Of a DNA stretch of 64,000 nucleotides, positions 36,319-50,223 are shown in pieces; the first letter of the stretch is position 1, and each line of letters starts with the position of its first letter. The position numbers and the translations under genes are program-made. The stretch lies in contig NC_135822.1 in NCBI RefSeq assembly GCF_964213995.1, positions 25,048,001 to 25,112,000 on the forward strand, given 5' to 3'. The notes beneath the pieces were generated by a model. That model had not been told where the DNA came from. It did not search any database and was given only the letters and a program-made list of their open reading frames with translations. This DNA comes from Mustelus asterias. Its lineage: Eukaryota.

Positions 36319-36760
36319 CAATCTTACTGATGGCTCAGATGATAAATCAACAATCATGTGTGCAGCTGAGCAATGCAGATGACAAGATTCTCGGCGGTGG
36401 AAGTGAGGTGTTACAAATGGACTCAGCTCTCTGGCTAGGAAGGGAAAGAATAACCAGTGGATCCTGATCAGATGGAAAGTTTATATTTGTCGATATTGAG
36501 CGAAGGCAGCATCAGGTTTGTCTCTTGAGCAAAATAATTTGCTGATGCACAATATCTAGGTCTAGATGTTTGTGTCAAGATCCCAAATGGCTTTCTGTGC
36601 ATGTAGAACTGTTTCCCAAGTCAGCACTTTTGGTTGAGCTTGGGAGAAAATTAGTGGGGTGAAATAAACTGCCTTCTTCAAATATTGCTAGTTATTTCCA
36701 GAAACAATCATTGTGATTAAAACCTGTGCACTTTCTGATGTTTGTTTCTTGAATCCACAG

Positions 36761-36881
36761 GCAATATGCTCCACAATGTTCTGTCTGTAAAATGCCAATT
36801 ATACCAGAAGCTGCAAAGGAGGAATGCCTCAACATTGAACTGTTCGGACTCCATTTTCATGTCAACTGCTATAGATGTGAG
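36761..36881 (+). CDS. FBLIM1: FBLIM1 LIM3 N-half exon (QYAPQCSVCKMPIIP...FHVNCYRCE)
   Basis: atccacag acceptor, GAG|gtgaga donor, 121 nt, phase 2->0. Not in the ORF track. Confidence 0.95.
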
Positions 36882-37854
36882 GTGAGAATCTGTATTCAAA
36901 GAAAGAGATTCTGCATTTGAATGCTTATTTTCATTATTTCACAGCACACCTAGAACTGGATATGTTGGTTATGTGGCTGAGTAACTGAGCTGGACAAACC
37001 TTGAAGGCACCAGCTTTGATTTCCTCTCTGTGTTGATAGTTAGTCTCAGCTGAAGCTGTGGTTGGAGGCACTATAACACTTGGAAAGGAAAACATCAGTT
37101 CCCACTCTGGTCACTCTCCAGTGTATTAGGATTAAAGGAAGACCGGATCAGGCCAAGCTGTGATGACCCCAGAAAGTTGAATAGCTTACAACCCTCTCTA
37201 TAGTTTCACAGTCACTGGTACAACCCTGGAGAAAGTGATCTTTATGATGCTGTCTTTTGTCCCTTCAAATTTACTAGCGAAGGACAGCAATAATTCTGAC
37301 TGGGTCAAATTTTCTGGCTGTCTGTATTGTGAGACACACTGGGTGTTTTTTTTAATCCATGTTGTTCATAATCCATATTTATGTGCTGTTAAAGAAGAGG
37401 ATTTAGTACAATTTTATCTCCCCAATGTTGGGGTGGTGCAATCTTTGTGTCAACATCACAGAGTAAAACTGCCTCAACTGCAATATGGAAATAAATGTGA
37501 AGAGGAGGACATAAAAATTAAAAATGTTAGCTTGGCTGTCGCCTTCAAATCAGGAAGTTATGTGTTTGAGCCATATTAGAGCTTAGGCAAGTACAGGATT
37601 CATTTTGTAGGAATTCTCCTGCTCATCCACTACAACTTTGGTACAGGAGCTACAGAAGCCCTGCAAAAATAATGCAAACTGTATTTATGCCATTTGTAGG
37701 CTCTCGTCACAAATTTTCAGCAGACATTCTGGAGAACTCGTGCAGCAAATTCATTCCTGTAATCTAGGCTGATGTCCATGTGGATGCTGTCTTGGTGGAA
37801 ATGGTATTCTTCAGATGAACCATTCCACATGTGTACTGTATTGGTTTTCTTACT

Positions 37855-38345
37855 TAAGCAAAGACGTAAATGCATTAGAAGCAGTTCAGAAAAGGTTTAC
37901 TAGACCAATACCAGGAATGGGCAGGTTGTCTTATGAGGAAATGTTAGAGGGGTTAGTTTTGTATCCCCCGAGAGTTTAAAAGAGGTGACTTGATCAAAAC
38001 CTTTACGATCCTGAGGAGTATTGATAGGGTGGATGTGGAGACGATGTTTCCTCTTGTTGGAGAATCTAGAACTAGGGGTCACTGTTTAAAAATAAGGGGC
38101 TGTTCATTTAAGATAAGGATTTCTTTTCTCTGTGTTGTTACTCTCTGGAAATCTCTTCCTCCAAAGTCAGTGGAAGCAGAGTCTTTGAATAATAAGGCAG
38201 AGCTCAAAGATTCTTGATTAACAAGGGTGAAAGGTTATCAGGGGTAGGTGAGAACAGGGGTTGCAGTTACAATCAGATCAGTCATGATCTTATTGAATGG
38301 CAGTGCAAGCTCGAGAGGCCAAGTGGCCTACTCCTAATTTGTATG
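37855..38345 (+). mobile_element. Degraded CR1 3' fragment
   Basis: gcagttcagaaaaggtttactagac...gaatctagaactaggggtcac...gtggcctactcct. Confidence 0.82.
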
Positions 38346-39149
38346 CTTGTAACTGCCTGTTCAGATGGACTTTATCACCAATACTATTTGAAGAGGGACA
38401 CAAAGTCCTGACTAAAATTCCTCTCTCGATAACACTGCCAAAAACAAATTTGCTGTTGGTCAATCAACTCGTGTCAGGAACTTTGCTGTCACAGAACGGC
38501 TGTTGCATTTGCCTATAAAACAATAGTAAATGCATTTCAAACTATTGAAAAATCTCTTTCACAATTAAATGTGAGAAAGTTCCACATAAATACAGGTTTA
38601 TTTTTTTAAAAACTGGTGGTTGCCAACTCACTTGCAGCATTTATGCATTGCTAAACCTTGCTTGTGTAATTTGTTATGCATTAGTAGTCTTTGCTCAGTC
38701 TGCACTGATTAATCAATTCAAATGAGTGCACAGCAACCCTTGGATTGAAGTCAATGTCACATGAGGAGGTGCAGTATCAGCTAAACATCTAGGGCTCAAA
38801 GTGCAAAAATTGCAAGAGTTCAGTGAATAAACACAGCACACGTGGCAATGAGTCATACAGACCAGGAAAGTCCCAGGTTCCGTCACCAGTCTGCAGAGTT
38901 GGATGATACACTGTTAGCGCTATACAATAGGCCTCAGGAGTTCAGGAAGGGAAAAAAAACCATATTTCTGTTCCCAATCACATTCTAGAATCTCCTGTTG
39001 GAATATGGATGTCAGTCGAAGGCAGGATCAGACTTAGCTATTTGCAATACCAACTTTAATACCTCACATTTCAGCCTAGGGTGCCAGTCGTCATTGCTTT
39101 TACTTTCCCCTTTGAGACAGGAAGTTGGGCAGAATCAAAGAGACTAAAC

Positions 39150-40212
39150 ACAGTGGTGGGTGGTTCTGGTGGTGTTTTTCCCACTGATCAGAATGGCAGG
39201 ATCCCAAACCAGATTCTGCGCTTGGAAGGTCATTGCTTCTGCACAGGCCTGTTCCCCTCCAAATCACCTAGCCGTCAGCTAGCAGGTTTGAAGATCTGGG
39301 CATCATATGTAAATGCCAGTCCAGCACACTCGTATCATTCTCTCCAGCCTGCCGGTCCTCACAGGACCATGCAGGATGTCCAGAATCCAGAGACAAAAGG
39401 CTATCAGTCTCAAGAAGAAATCTGCACCTTGGTTCAACCATCCTTCCCCCCCGAAATCATCCCATCACCTGCGAGATGCCTATGCTTCACATGGACCTAC
39501 ACCCACGCCATCTAGAGTTATTGTGCAAACTCTTTCTGTAACATCCATTTGACCCCCTTGTTTGTGAGCATTACATGCAGCCTTGTCAGGGTCCAGCTTC
39601 CCTCCCCTTGGTCTTCACTTTTGTCTTCCATCGTTAGTCATCTACATCCATCTCCTTGCACATCTACCTGCCTCTCACCCCCATCCCCTGACCTTGCTCA
39701 GGCCTCCTTCCACATTGGCCCCTTGTCCTCATCAGCACACTCATCCCGTCGAACTTTTGGACTGTTGGGAATGCAGGGTCCATGAGTCCGGCAGCACAAT
39801 GCTGCCCAGTTCCATGCTGAGCTGGTGCTTATGGAGGGCACAAATTAGTCTGCCCCAGCAGAGTGGCATTCAGCATAATAGGAGTGGCAATATGCTACAG
39901 CAAGTAGGATATGTACCTTGCGCTCACCTCAAAGTCTCAAGTGACCTGAGATCCACCTTGTGCATGTCACTCTTCTTCAAAAAGATCTGATGCTGACATG
40001 ATTTCGCCCTTTTGCGTGACACAAGATTGGAAGGCCTGGCGAGATTTTGGCGATCAGCAGTTTTAATGAGCATTCATGAGATGAGAATAGTGTTCATGCA
40101 ACCAAGTAACAGGAGAGCCGACTAGCCATTGGGAGACTTAATTGTTTTTATGCCGGTGGGTTTCTGACTTTTGGCTCCTGCCTGCCATGAGCCAGATGGA
40201 AAAATCGCTCCG
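39150..40212. repeat. Decayed GC-richer transposon-like insertion
   Basis: Composition shift with ends resembling ggtggtgtttttccc / ggaaaaatcgctcc; stacked uninformative ORFs. Confidence 0.4.
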
Positions 40213-42879
40213 GTTGTGTTCAAGTCCCATTACAGAGAAATGAGCACAAAATCTAGGTTGCCATTTTACTGTAGGAGGCGGTCAGAGGTGCCAAATTTCA
40301 CATGTGGCATTCTACCACGTCTGTCCTATAGGGTTGATGGAAAAGATCCCATAGTTAGGCACACTACGATTAAGGAACAGAGCCTTAAAATTAAAGTGAA
40401 GACCAGAATTCTCCGATGTTGTATGCCCCACCCCTGCTGCCAGCGAGAATGGATAATTTGGCAGTCAGCCAAATCTCCATTCACTGCAGTGGGACTGGAG
40501 AATCCCAGTCGCAGGCTAGGTTCAGAGAATTCCAGCCAAGATCTTTCAGGAAAACACTTATACCTGCAAAAGGCAGTGGATGTTTGGAATCCTTCCACAA
40601 ACAACAATTGATACTAGGTCAATTGCTAATTTCAAATCTGAGACAGGTTAGCAAAAATCTATCAAATGCAACAGGGATAAGGGGCAAAGGCTTCTAAATG
40701 GAAATAGGTCACTGGTCAGCCATAATCTGATTGACTGATAAAACAGACCCAAGGGGCTAAATATCCTATTCACATCCATATTGTGTGTGTTTCACATCAC
40801 TGTTTTGAATAAGAGCAGGAGAGTTCTCCCCAGTTCCTAACCAATACTCCTCCCTTAATAACAATCTCTTGCTAAACTCCCCTTTGGAATGTACTGTTCC
40901 TCTTAGACTCCTATATACAGTGAATGGAGTCACACTTATTAAATTCAATCATATTTAAAATTGAGTTAATGACAAAAGGATTGGAATTCTAAAAGTCAGC
41001 TTATTTAACCGACATTCACTTAAGTAGGCTTTTCCATGTACATTCAGACCATTGATCAGCCCATTGGATTGTCTTACTCTGCTGCCAAGTTTCACCCTAT
41101 TATCAACATGTTGACAATTTCTGTAAAAAAAAAATAAAGTTTTAAAATCCTACCAATCCATTTAAATTCTCTTTGTATTAGTAAACAACACGAGGTATAC
41201 TCTTGTCACAGTTGAAGGTAAAACTTTAGATAGTTCTAACACTGTATACTTTTTTTGGATGACTCTCCTCATGAATTAACCATTGTTCAAGAACTAGCAT
41301 TTCAAGTGTAAGCAGGAAGGCATTTCTTACAAGAGAAACACAAATAGTCAACCATTTTTCATTCCATTAATATAACAGAATTGCTGAAGTAGATTGCTGT
41401 CCTTTGCTCTAACTTTGACCGATATGCTGCGTGGTAGCAAGTTCCATTTGACCATTCACTCAGAGTTTGCTGTCCAGTGCATCTAAAAGCTGTCCACTAT
41501 TAGACATGTTTATGCACATTTAGGATTGTTAATCTTTTGTATTGTGAATGATTGAAAGTGCAAGCTAACAGCACAGCAAGAGGAACAGGACAACAAACCG
41601 TATACATCCTAAACAGGTTGAAGGACTAAGAAATGAACAGAGAAAGAAATGAATGTATAAATTCAACGTCAAATCCTGTGCAAAATAAAGAGGGGGAAAT
41701 ATTGGAAAGAGTAAGCGAGACCAAAGTGTAAACATTTTCAAAATGTGAAAATGTTCAACCATTAATGTCTGAAGAATGATTAATTTTCAATGCCAGAGGT
41801 TAACTGGTATTTATTAACCATTATTGTGTTGTCAGTAAGGTACTTGTGTTTATGATGAGACAACTTTGCAGTAATTCTAGTTTGCATTGACCATGCAAAT
41901 ACAGCAATCATGCAATTTCACGACATTCAATGCAGCTAATTGGTGAGGCGAAACGATGTCTTTGCAAAGCTTTTGGCAGAGCTACACAGCGCTGAACAGA
42001 GCATCTGCTCTCAGCTTAAGTTGCTGTACCATTTCTGCATAAACAATATTGTGCCGTCATCCTCAGTTTTTTAAAATTTTGCTCAAGGGATGTGGGCTTT
42101 GCCAACCAGACTGGCATTTACTGCCCCTAATTGCCCTGGATAAGGTGCAGCTTTTTGGTACAACTGAATGGCTTGCTAGCCCATTTCAGAGGGCAGCTGA
42201 GAGTTAACCATGTTGCTCTGGGTGTTTAGACACATGGGCCAGACCAGGTAAGAAGAGCAGATTCATTTTCTAAAGGAGAGTCATGGACCAGGTAGGTTTC
42301 TGCAACAATCCAGTCACCATGACCAATACCCAGCTTTTTATTTTGACAGGAATTTCTGTCTCATCATCGTAAGATTCTCCAAATAAAATTACTGAGAAAT
42401 CCATACACAGTTTATTTTTACATGTTGAACACAAAGACACTATGTAGGGAAACATCAGCTACCTCTTAGCCCATGAAACCTAAATGTGAGTTGTTTGTAA
42501 AAGTCAAGTTTTAGGAATCTCCAAATGTGTGAAGGAATAGTGTTGGAGTTTAACCAGCTGCCAGGCACATTAACAATATGTTGCTCATCTTGCTGGAGCC
42601 ATTTTATCCATTAAGCTATTCTTTTATAGGATTATTTAGATTTGAGTAGCAAGGATATCAGCCCCACCATGCCATTTCATGTTCCAACAATGAGTCAGGT
42701 TAGGCAAGGCTGGTTGTTCAACCATAAATAATATCTAGGATGCTGCATATCTGTCTGACTCAGTTAATTTCTAGAGCTGCCAGACGAATGCCTTGGTTCA
42801 AGTCCTCCAGTAGTAGTTGTATTTTTCAAATGCATTAATATTTCTGAAAGTTCTCGACTACCAAATGACTAAATGTATT

Positions 42880-44780
42880 AACATTTTGATTAGGTAACTG
42901 GATAGATAAGAGCAGTGCAGTATCTGTAGAGGATGTTTGCTAAAATGTCACCTGGAGGCTTGATAGAAAAAAGATCAAGCATATGGTACAAAGAGAATTG
43001 GAGCAGGATGGATAAAATTGGTTCAGAGATAAAGCAAATGACATTGATTGGAAATAGCATAGCTTAAGGCCAATGATCGATCTATTTTTGTTTTTGGTGT
43101 ATAGATTTTTTAATATTTGATTTATATTGATATAAAGAGATTATTTGAATTTGGACATTGGAAATATAGGAGGCGATTCTCCCAAAAATGCTGAACTGGC
43201 GGGAAAACTGTTCTAAATCCTGGCTGTTTTCTCAGTTCAGCTTCTCACCTGAATCTCCACACCCTGTGCACTGCAGAGGTCCCAGTCGTGTATCTCATTA
43301 AAAACTCAGGGAGGCGGGGCCTATTCGCACCAGAGTTTGACAGTTCTAGAACTCTGCGCATGCGCAGTGGCCCCCGATCTGTCAGACTCCCCGTTTGCTG
43401 GCCAGCTCAATCACTGGCCAGCCTGGGACCACTGCAATGCTGCTTCTCCAGCCCCCGCCACGGCCCGATCACGACCCCCACAGCAATTCCTGGGCCAGCC
43501 CTGACCCTCCCCGTCCCAGAGCGACCCGATGCACAGCCCAACTCCCCTGGCAGTGGCGATTCTCCCCCCAGGTCAGACGCCCTCCTCCATCCCAGACCAA
43601 TCCTGTCTGCAGTGGCAGCAGGACCCCCCACTGATCGCCCCTAGGCCCCACCCACAATAGGCCCTGCCCAGTGGGCAGTGCCAAGATGCCCCTTGGGCAC
43701 TGCCAGGGGCACCATCCCCCCACCACCCAACCCCCTGGGGGGGGGCCCCGTTTGCCCCCCCTTCATTCCAGCAGGGTCTCCCACTAGTTGCCCAAACGTG
43801 GGGAGCTAGTCTGAACCCCGCTAGAATGAAGTACTCCAGGCGGGGTGGGCCCGATAATGACCTAATAAACATATTTAAAACATGTTAAATTTAAATTACT
43901 TACCTGCCTTCTCACCGGTTTCCAGCGTGGTCTGACCGCCACTCCTGACGCATGCGCAAATCCCTGTTCAAGGCCGACTGACAGAAAAGTTGCAGGTCGC
44001 GATGGGAGAATCGCGGCCGTAATTTAAAATTATTTAAAATACAAATATAGATGGATTGGCAGTTGCTGAGGAGGACATTGATAGGCTAGAGAATTGACAT
44101 TTCGTGGAAGATATAATTTAATTAAGCATGAGGTAATAAATTTTGTGATGGGATTATACACACAATGGAAAAATACTTGTATGTTGATGAGCAAAGAGAC
44201 CTACCAGTTCAAATACATAATTCCCTGAAAGTACAAATGCAACTAGAAACAGCATTTGAGTTTTATAAATAGAAACAGAGTGCAAGAGTAAAGAAGTCAT
44301 GATAAATTTGCATGATATATTGGTTAGGCCTGTGAGACTACTTTGTGTGGCTTCAGCTGCCCTATTGGCGGAAGGACATGAAAGCGGTAGTGAGTGTGCA
44401 GTTTAGATTCAACAGGTTGACACCATGGGTGAGAAACTCAAGATATTAGAATTACTTACACTGGAGTAGAGAAGGCGAAAAAGCAAGTTAACGTGTTCTT
44501 TATGAGAATACTGAAAGACCATATTGCTGGTTGAGGAGTTCGCAGAGTCATCAATTTAAAATTGTCGCTAAGGGAGTGAGGACAGAAGTTAGAAATTTAT
44601 TTACATAGCACGGTACTAAAGTACAGAAGGCTCCAGCACAAGAAATGGTTAAGGTAGAGACTTCTAAAGAAAATTTGGATAAGATCTGAAGCAGATGAAA
44701 ATGCATAGCTTTGGGAGAAAGTGAGATGGTGGAGTTAGTTTTAGCTCAAGCAAAGAGCTGGGGCAAATGGCCATGTTCTA
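42880..44780 (+). mobile_element. Highly decayed CR1 RT fragment interrupted by a MITE
   Basis: Residual CR1 phrases (ttggttaggcc...gaaggacatgaaag...ctggagtagagaagg) either side of 43173-44014. Confidence 0.6.
43173..44014. mobile_element. Non-autonomous TIR element (MITE-like), GC/CpG-rich
   Basis: Perfect 12-bp inverted termini gcgattctccca (43173-43184) / tgggagaatcgc (44003-44014); no transposase ORF. Confidence 0.75.
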
Positions 44781-46234
44781 AATGTTCACAGCCGTATCAG
44801 ATATGTTAGCACTCTCCTTTAACTGTGCCTCAAAGAATAGTCATTAATTATTCATTGGACAATCGACAAGTTTGGGCCCCTGCTTGACGGACAGCAAGCA
44901 CTAAGAATTCTTACTGAACAGCATTAAAATAAAAATGTAGAGCCATCATACTCCCAACAGTAGTAAGGATACACACGTACTAACTGAAAAATGGTTTGGA
45001 AGTTTAGAGCAGCAGGAGCATCTGCTTCCTTCTCTGATACCCAATCATAACAGATAATAAATCGTTTATTTGCAAGTGTATGCTTATGGACCTAACCTCC
45101 AAGTACTAGAAACTGCCATCTCAGCCACATAGCTTCCTCGTCAGCAATGATGGACATCTACCTTAAGAATGGAGAAAGATCTAAGCAGAATAACTTCAGA
45201 TATGCTAATCATTTTGTTGTTAGCAAAATACTATAATGCATATCAAGCACTACCAATTACTTAATCCATGTTATCATGCATGAGACTTTGGCAAACTACA
45301 GGTTCTTTGCTGCTTGCTTCCTGGACAGGTTGCTGACTGTACACCTTCCAAGTAACAAAAATTGGTACACACTGCTTTTTCTTCATTCTGGGCTTTGCCA
45401 CTCAAAGGCAATGCCATATTTAAATCCATTATTCCAAATATAATGCTATTATAATAGCAGATGGATATGAAGTGTGGATACTGACAGCAAACTGCTATCT
45501 GGAGGATGTAAAGTGTGAAGTGTGCACAAGCTGTAATATTTGGAGTGTTGTCTGCACTATTTTGTGTGTGAACTATTATACAATACCTGACATGTATCTT
45601 GTCTTTGTGAAATTAATGAAGTTAATATCCTAACATTAGCAATAAGCTGCACTGCAAGGTGATACATAATACCATTATAATATGGAGGTGTTTTATTGAA
45701 GCAGCAGGAATAGATTAGAGGTTAAGGGGCAATGTTAGAGAAGGTATGTTTCAAATTGGATGGAATGGTATTATCCACTTTGCTTTGCACTCAAAGTGAA
45801 GGATCTTGGTTCTGAGAAATGAAATGGTTCGGGCATCTAATGCTAGCATTAAGCACTCCCAGATCAGGTATAGTATTGCCATATGCAGGGTGTGGCTCCT
45901 AGTCTGCCCCAAGCACGATTGATACAGATAATGCTAATTTAGGGACAATTGTGCTGCAGGAACTGGATTGAGATTACTCGTTTATTTCACACAGGGTCTT
46001 TATATCCAAAAACCGAGACTTCTGGCTTAGCAGTCTGGCTTGGATGTGAACCAAGGTCCCAGGAGGCAAAAGGTCAATGTCCTATCTACCCAATTCTCCC
46101 TATCACTAGTGTTGGGATGTATCGGATTAGGAGGCTGGTTGCTGAAGTTGACACATAATGACCAAGTGAATATTCTGAAATGTCTTGTATACTCAGCCTC
46201 TGAATTAAGTGCTCCATATGGTCTTATGTTACAG

Positions 46235-46345
46235 AAATGTGGAATTCTTTTATCGCCTGACCCAACCGAAAAAGGGTGCTTCCCTCTGAACAAGCAGATC
46301 CTTTGCAAGGCTTGCCACATGCAGAGTACCAGCTCCACTACTTGA
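46235..46345 (+). CDS. FBLIM1: FBLIM1 last coding exon (KCGILLSPDPTEKGCFPLNKQILCKACHMQSTSSTT*)
   Basis: atgttacag acceptor, phase 0, completes LIM3 (GC(F/Y)PL...CKxCH); spliced CDS 1110 nt = 369 aa. Confidence 0.95.
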   Translation, partial: KCGILLSPDPTEKGCFPLNKQILCKACHMQSTSSTT

Positions 46346-46793
46346 AGATTCTAGATCTGAGCAGAGCTGAAATTATTTCAGTTTGTGAACTACTGTGTAA
46401 TTTCTCTATTGTTGCAAATTTATCTTGGCCCATTTATGAAGATTTCTAACGGACTACATCCAAACCCTAAACCTCTGAAAGATTATTTCTCATGGGTTTA
46501 CAGTAGAAACTTCCCCCTATGCAAATCTGAAGGTTACAGGCTTTATTCCTGCTAAACAATGATCTCACCTAGGATCAAGTCTAAGGAAACTAGTGTTGAA
46601 ATTATCCAGGGTTTCCTGAACTTTGATTTCTACTGAAGTGCACATATTTTGACATGAATGAGACCATTGGTGGATTTGATTGTAATGTCCCACATCGTCT
46701 AGCTGACTTCCACTCACTGTCTTGGCTTACATACGAAGAGTGGTTACTTGGTAGGATACCGAAAGCAACTGCTGCCTGTGCAACCATATCACG

Positions 46794-46877
46794 TGAGCTC
46801 CGAAAGCTTGTGTGGCTTTTGCTACCAAATAAACATGTTGGACTTTAACCTGGTGTTGTTAAACTTCTTACTGTGTT
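46794..46877 (+). mobile_element. Penelope-type terminal-repeat fragment with 12-bp TSD in FBLIM1 3' UTR
   Basis: aaccatatcacg at 46782-46793 and 46878-46889; body ctccgaaagct...gctaccaaataaacatgttggactttaacctggtgttg matches 55372-55440. Confidence 0.8.
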
Positions 46878-47045
46878 AACCATATCACGGCAGAAGATGA
46901 AGTGTTAAGAAATTAACTGCCAAAACACCATTGGCAAAAGGACTTAGTTCAGGATTTAGCTTAGTGTCTATTCTGTTCCTTCTATAACCATTGAAGAATT
47001 GTTCCCAATTCTCATGTTTTTGTTGGAAAAAAGCCTTTCTTTAAA

Positions 47046-47518
47046 AATAAAATGACTCCATAGCAAGAGAAACGAAATGGAGAATCTGTGGTAGACCAGA
47101 CTGTGATTCATTGTTTCTATGACATCACCTCACCTTGCTCTAATGCAAAGGATGATCTATTTAAAACTGCTTTAAATGTTGATCTTTGGTGTTAGCTTTC
47201 ATGGTATTGGTTTTGTGGAGACAGTGGTCACCTTGGAAGCAGCAGCAGTGGCCAAAGAAACCAGTGCAATGTGTCATCTTGACATCAGTTAAACACACTT
47301 CTGAGTTGTAATGATGCCATCACTATAACTGCATTCTTTCTGTAGTGACATTGTGCTGCTAACAGTTTTCCATGGTTGTGTGTTAACCAAAATACAATTG
47401 CATCCCACGCATGCAGTGAAATTGAACAGACCAGCACAATGTCATTGGTTTACTGCCTATTATAAATATGGATGAGTAGGAAAATTAGCTCACTCAAGTC
47501 CCAAATGGGAATAATAAA
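47046..47518 (+). terminator. Candidate FBLIM1 polyA signals (AATAAA 47046-47051, 47513-47518)
   Basis: Canonical hexamers 0.7-1.2 kb after the stop. Confidence 0.4.
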
Positions 47519-48750
47519 AGCATTTATGGAATGATCTAGTGATTCTACTAAGCTTTAATCTCTATTATTGCCCTTGCCAATGCTTCCCTATTCCAGTTAC
47601 TTTCTGTGAAAGCTATTTCCTTTTATGGGATAATGGCACAAATGTTTTAGATTGTACAACAACAAACTCCTAAGTTTCTTCCCCCACTCACACTTGTTTT
47701 GCATGCCAGTGATGAATTTACACCATCAGCACAGCAACACTCAAAAACACAATTCCTTCTCTATTATTTGCAGACTTCTACAAATGACACAACCTTCAAA
47801 ATGAACCTTTTTGGGGTTTAAATGGTCCCTTTACAGTTTGAGATTATTTTAACTATTAAAGCAGCACTTAAAAATTATTTTCCAGAGAATCAAGGGTAAC
47901 AAGGCTTGCTTTGAAGTTTTCTTTGCAAAGACATTTTACCCAGGTTTCTGGTTAAAATGAAAGAAAACTATGATCTTCCTGTCTACTTTCACTTTTACTC
48001 TGTTCCATGATCTGCAGTCTATTTCATTAGCAGATGCCACTTTTGATGCAAATGTGTTTTAATTTCCCACTGTTAGTATTTTTTTCAGAATAGAACGCCC
48101 ACTCAAAACTGGGAATCAATGGTGTGCACTGTAAACATTTGAATTTCAGCAAAGCTGTGACACAGGTATCAAAACAGAATTCTGTTAACTCAGACCGGTA
48201 ATCAAATCTAGAACTTTCCTATTCTTCCGGAAACCAAGCCTCTCGGAATGTATAATTTTGAAACACTGACATCACAACCAGATTTATGAATGCTCACATT
48301 TTCACTGTTCAAAACTGAAGAAACTTCTGCCTCTCAGCCCACATGATGGAATATTGACACTACATTGAGCCATGGTGTACCGCAGCTGACTTGATAGCGA
48401 TCAGTTGCAAATATCTTGGCTAAATTTACATTCCCCCTAATCAAGCAGTGTTGTGGCCAATTATATGAGCTATATGGAGCAATTTATTTTTGGCATGACA
48501 TTTCCATTAAACCATCAAACTCTTAAATAATCAACTTTTTTCTTTACCGACTTCCCTCTCTCTACCTGCCCTTCATTGAGATTCACTTCTCAAGTTACTT
48601 TAACGCAAAAAGCGGTGGAAATCTAGAAGTCAGAAAGAAAAGCTGATGCACTATGGAAGCATCATATGCTGACTGGTATAAGAAAAAGTAAGACAAGGGA
48701 ATGCACTACACATAATTAGAACATTAAAAAAAAACATTAAAATGTTATAC

Positions 48751-49561
48751 AATGGAATTTAACGCAGACAAGTGTGAGATATTGCACTTTGGAAGGACAA
48801 ACCAAAGAAGAACGTACTCGGTAAATGGTAGGACTCTGAAGAGTGCAGTTGAACAGAGGGATCTGGGAATACAGGTACAGAGTTCCCTAAAAGTGACGTC
48901 ACAGGTGGATAGGGTCGTAAAGAGTGCCTTTGGTACATTGGCCTTTATAAATCGGAATATCGAGTATAAAAGTTGGAGTGTTATGGTAAGGTTATATAAG
49001 GCATTGGTGAGGCCGAATTTGGAGTATTGTGTACAGTTTTGGTCACCTAGTTACAGGGAGGATGTAAATAAGATTGAAAGAGTGCAGAGAAGGTTCACAA
49101 GGATGTTGCCGGGTCTTGAGAAGCTGAGTTACAGAGAGAGATTGAATAGGTTGGGACTTTATTCCCTGGAGCGTAGAAGATTGAGGGGAGATTTGATAGA
49201 GGTGTATAAGATTTTGATGGGTATAGATAGAGTGAATGCAAGCAGGCTTTTTCCGCTGAGGCTAGGGGAGAAAAAAACCAGAGGGCATGGGTTAAGGGTG
49301 AAAGGAGAAAAGTTTAAAGGGAATATTAGGGGGGGCTTCTTCACGCAGAGAGTGGTGGGAGTGTGGAATGAGCTGCCGGATAAAGTGCTAAATGCGGGGT
49401 CACTTTTAACATTTAAGAAAAGCTTGGACGGGTTCATGGATGAGAGGGGTGTGGAGGGATATGGTCCAAGTGCAGGTCAGTGGGACTAGGCATAAAATGG
49501 TTCGGCACAGACAAGAAGGGCCAAAAGGCCTGTTTCTGAGCTGTAATTTTCTATGGTTCTA
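48751..49561 (+). mobile_element. Young 5'-truncated CR1 LINE with uninterrupted RT C-terminal ORF (245 aa)
   Basis: ORF 48752-49489 open to the natural stop (...GYGPSAGQWD*), many CpGs retained, 3' hairpin and ttctatggttcta tail. Confidence 0.96.
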
Positions 49562-49609
49562 ATTCAAATAACAGCAACATGAAGGATAGAATGTTCCTTG
49601 CAAGCAGGC

Positions 49610-50223
49610 GGTGGCCTAGTGGTATTATTGCTAGATTATTGATCCAGAAACTCAGCTAATATTCTAGGGACTTGGGTTCAAATCCTGCCACAGCAGATGG
49701 TGGAATTTAAATTTTTTTAAAAATCTGGAATTAAGAATCTACTGATGATCATGAAACCACTGTCAATTGTCAGAAAACCCCATCTCATTCACGAATGTCC
49801 TTTAGAGAAGGAAATCTGCCATCCTTACCTGGTCTTTACCTACATGTAATTTCAGAGCCACCACAATGTGGTTGACTCTCAACTGCCCTCATGCAACTAG
49901 GGATGGGCAATACATTTGGGCAGAAAGCTGACATAGTGGTTAGCACTGCTGCCGCACAGCTCCAGGGACCCAGGTTCGGTTCCCGGCTTGGGTCACTGTC
50001 TGTGTGGAGCTTGCACATTCTCCCCGTGTCTGTGTGGGTTTCCTCCCACAGTCCAAAGATGTATGGGTTAGGTGGATTGGTCATGCTAAATTGCCCCTTA
50101 GTGTCTGCTGGGATGTGTAGGTTAGAGGGATTAGCGGGGTAAATGTGTGGCCCTGGGGTGGGATTGTTGTCGGTGCAGACTCAATGGGTCTAATGATCTC
50201 CTTCTGCACTATAGGGATTCTAT
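49610..50223 (+). mobile_element. Second-family tRNA SINE (49610-49915) followed by HE1-like SINE (49930-50223)
   Basis: ggtggcctagtggtattattgctaga... then atagtggttagcactgctgcc...ttctgcactatagggattctat. Confidence 0.85.

Noticed and set aside
39081-40697. Cluster of 80-146-aa ORFs in the last FBLIM1 intron
   Set aside because: Overlap decayed repeat sequence; no domain similarity, and not needed to complete LIM3.
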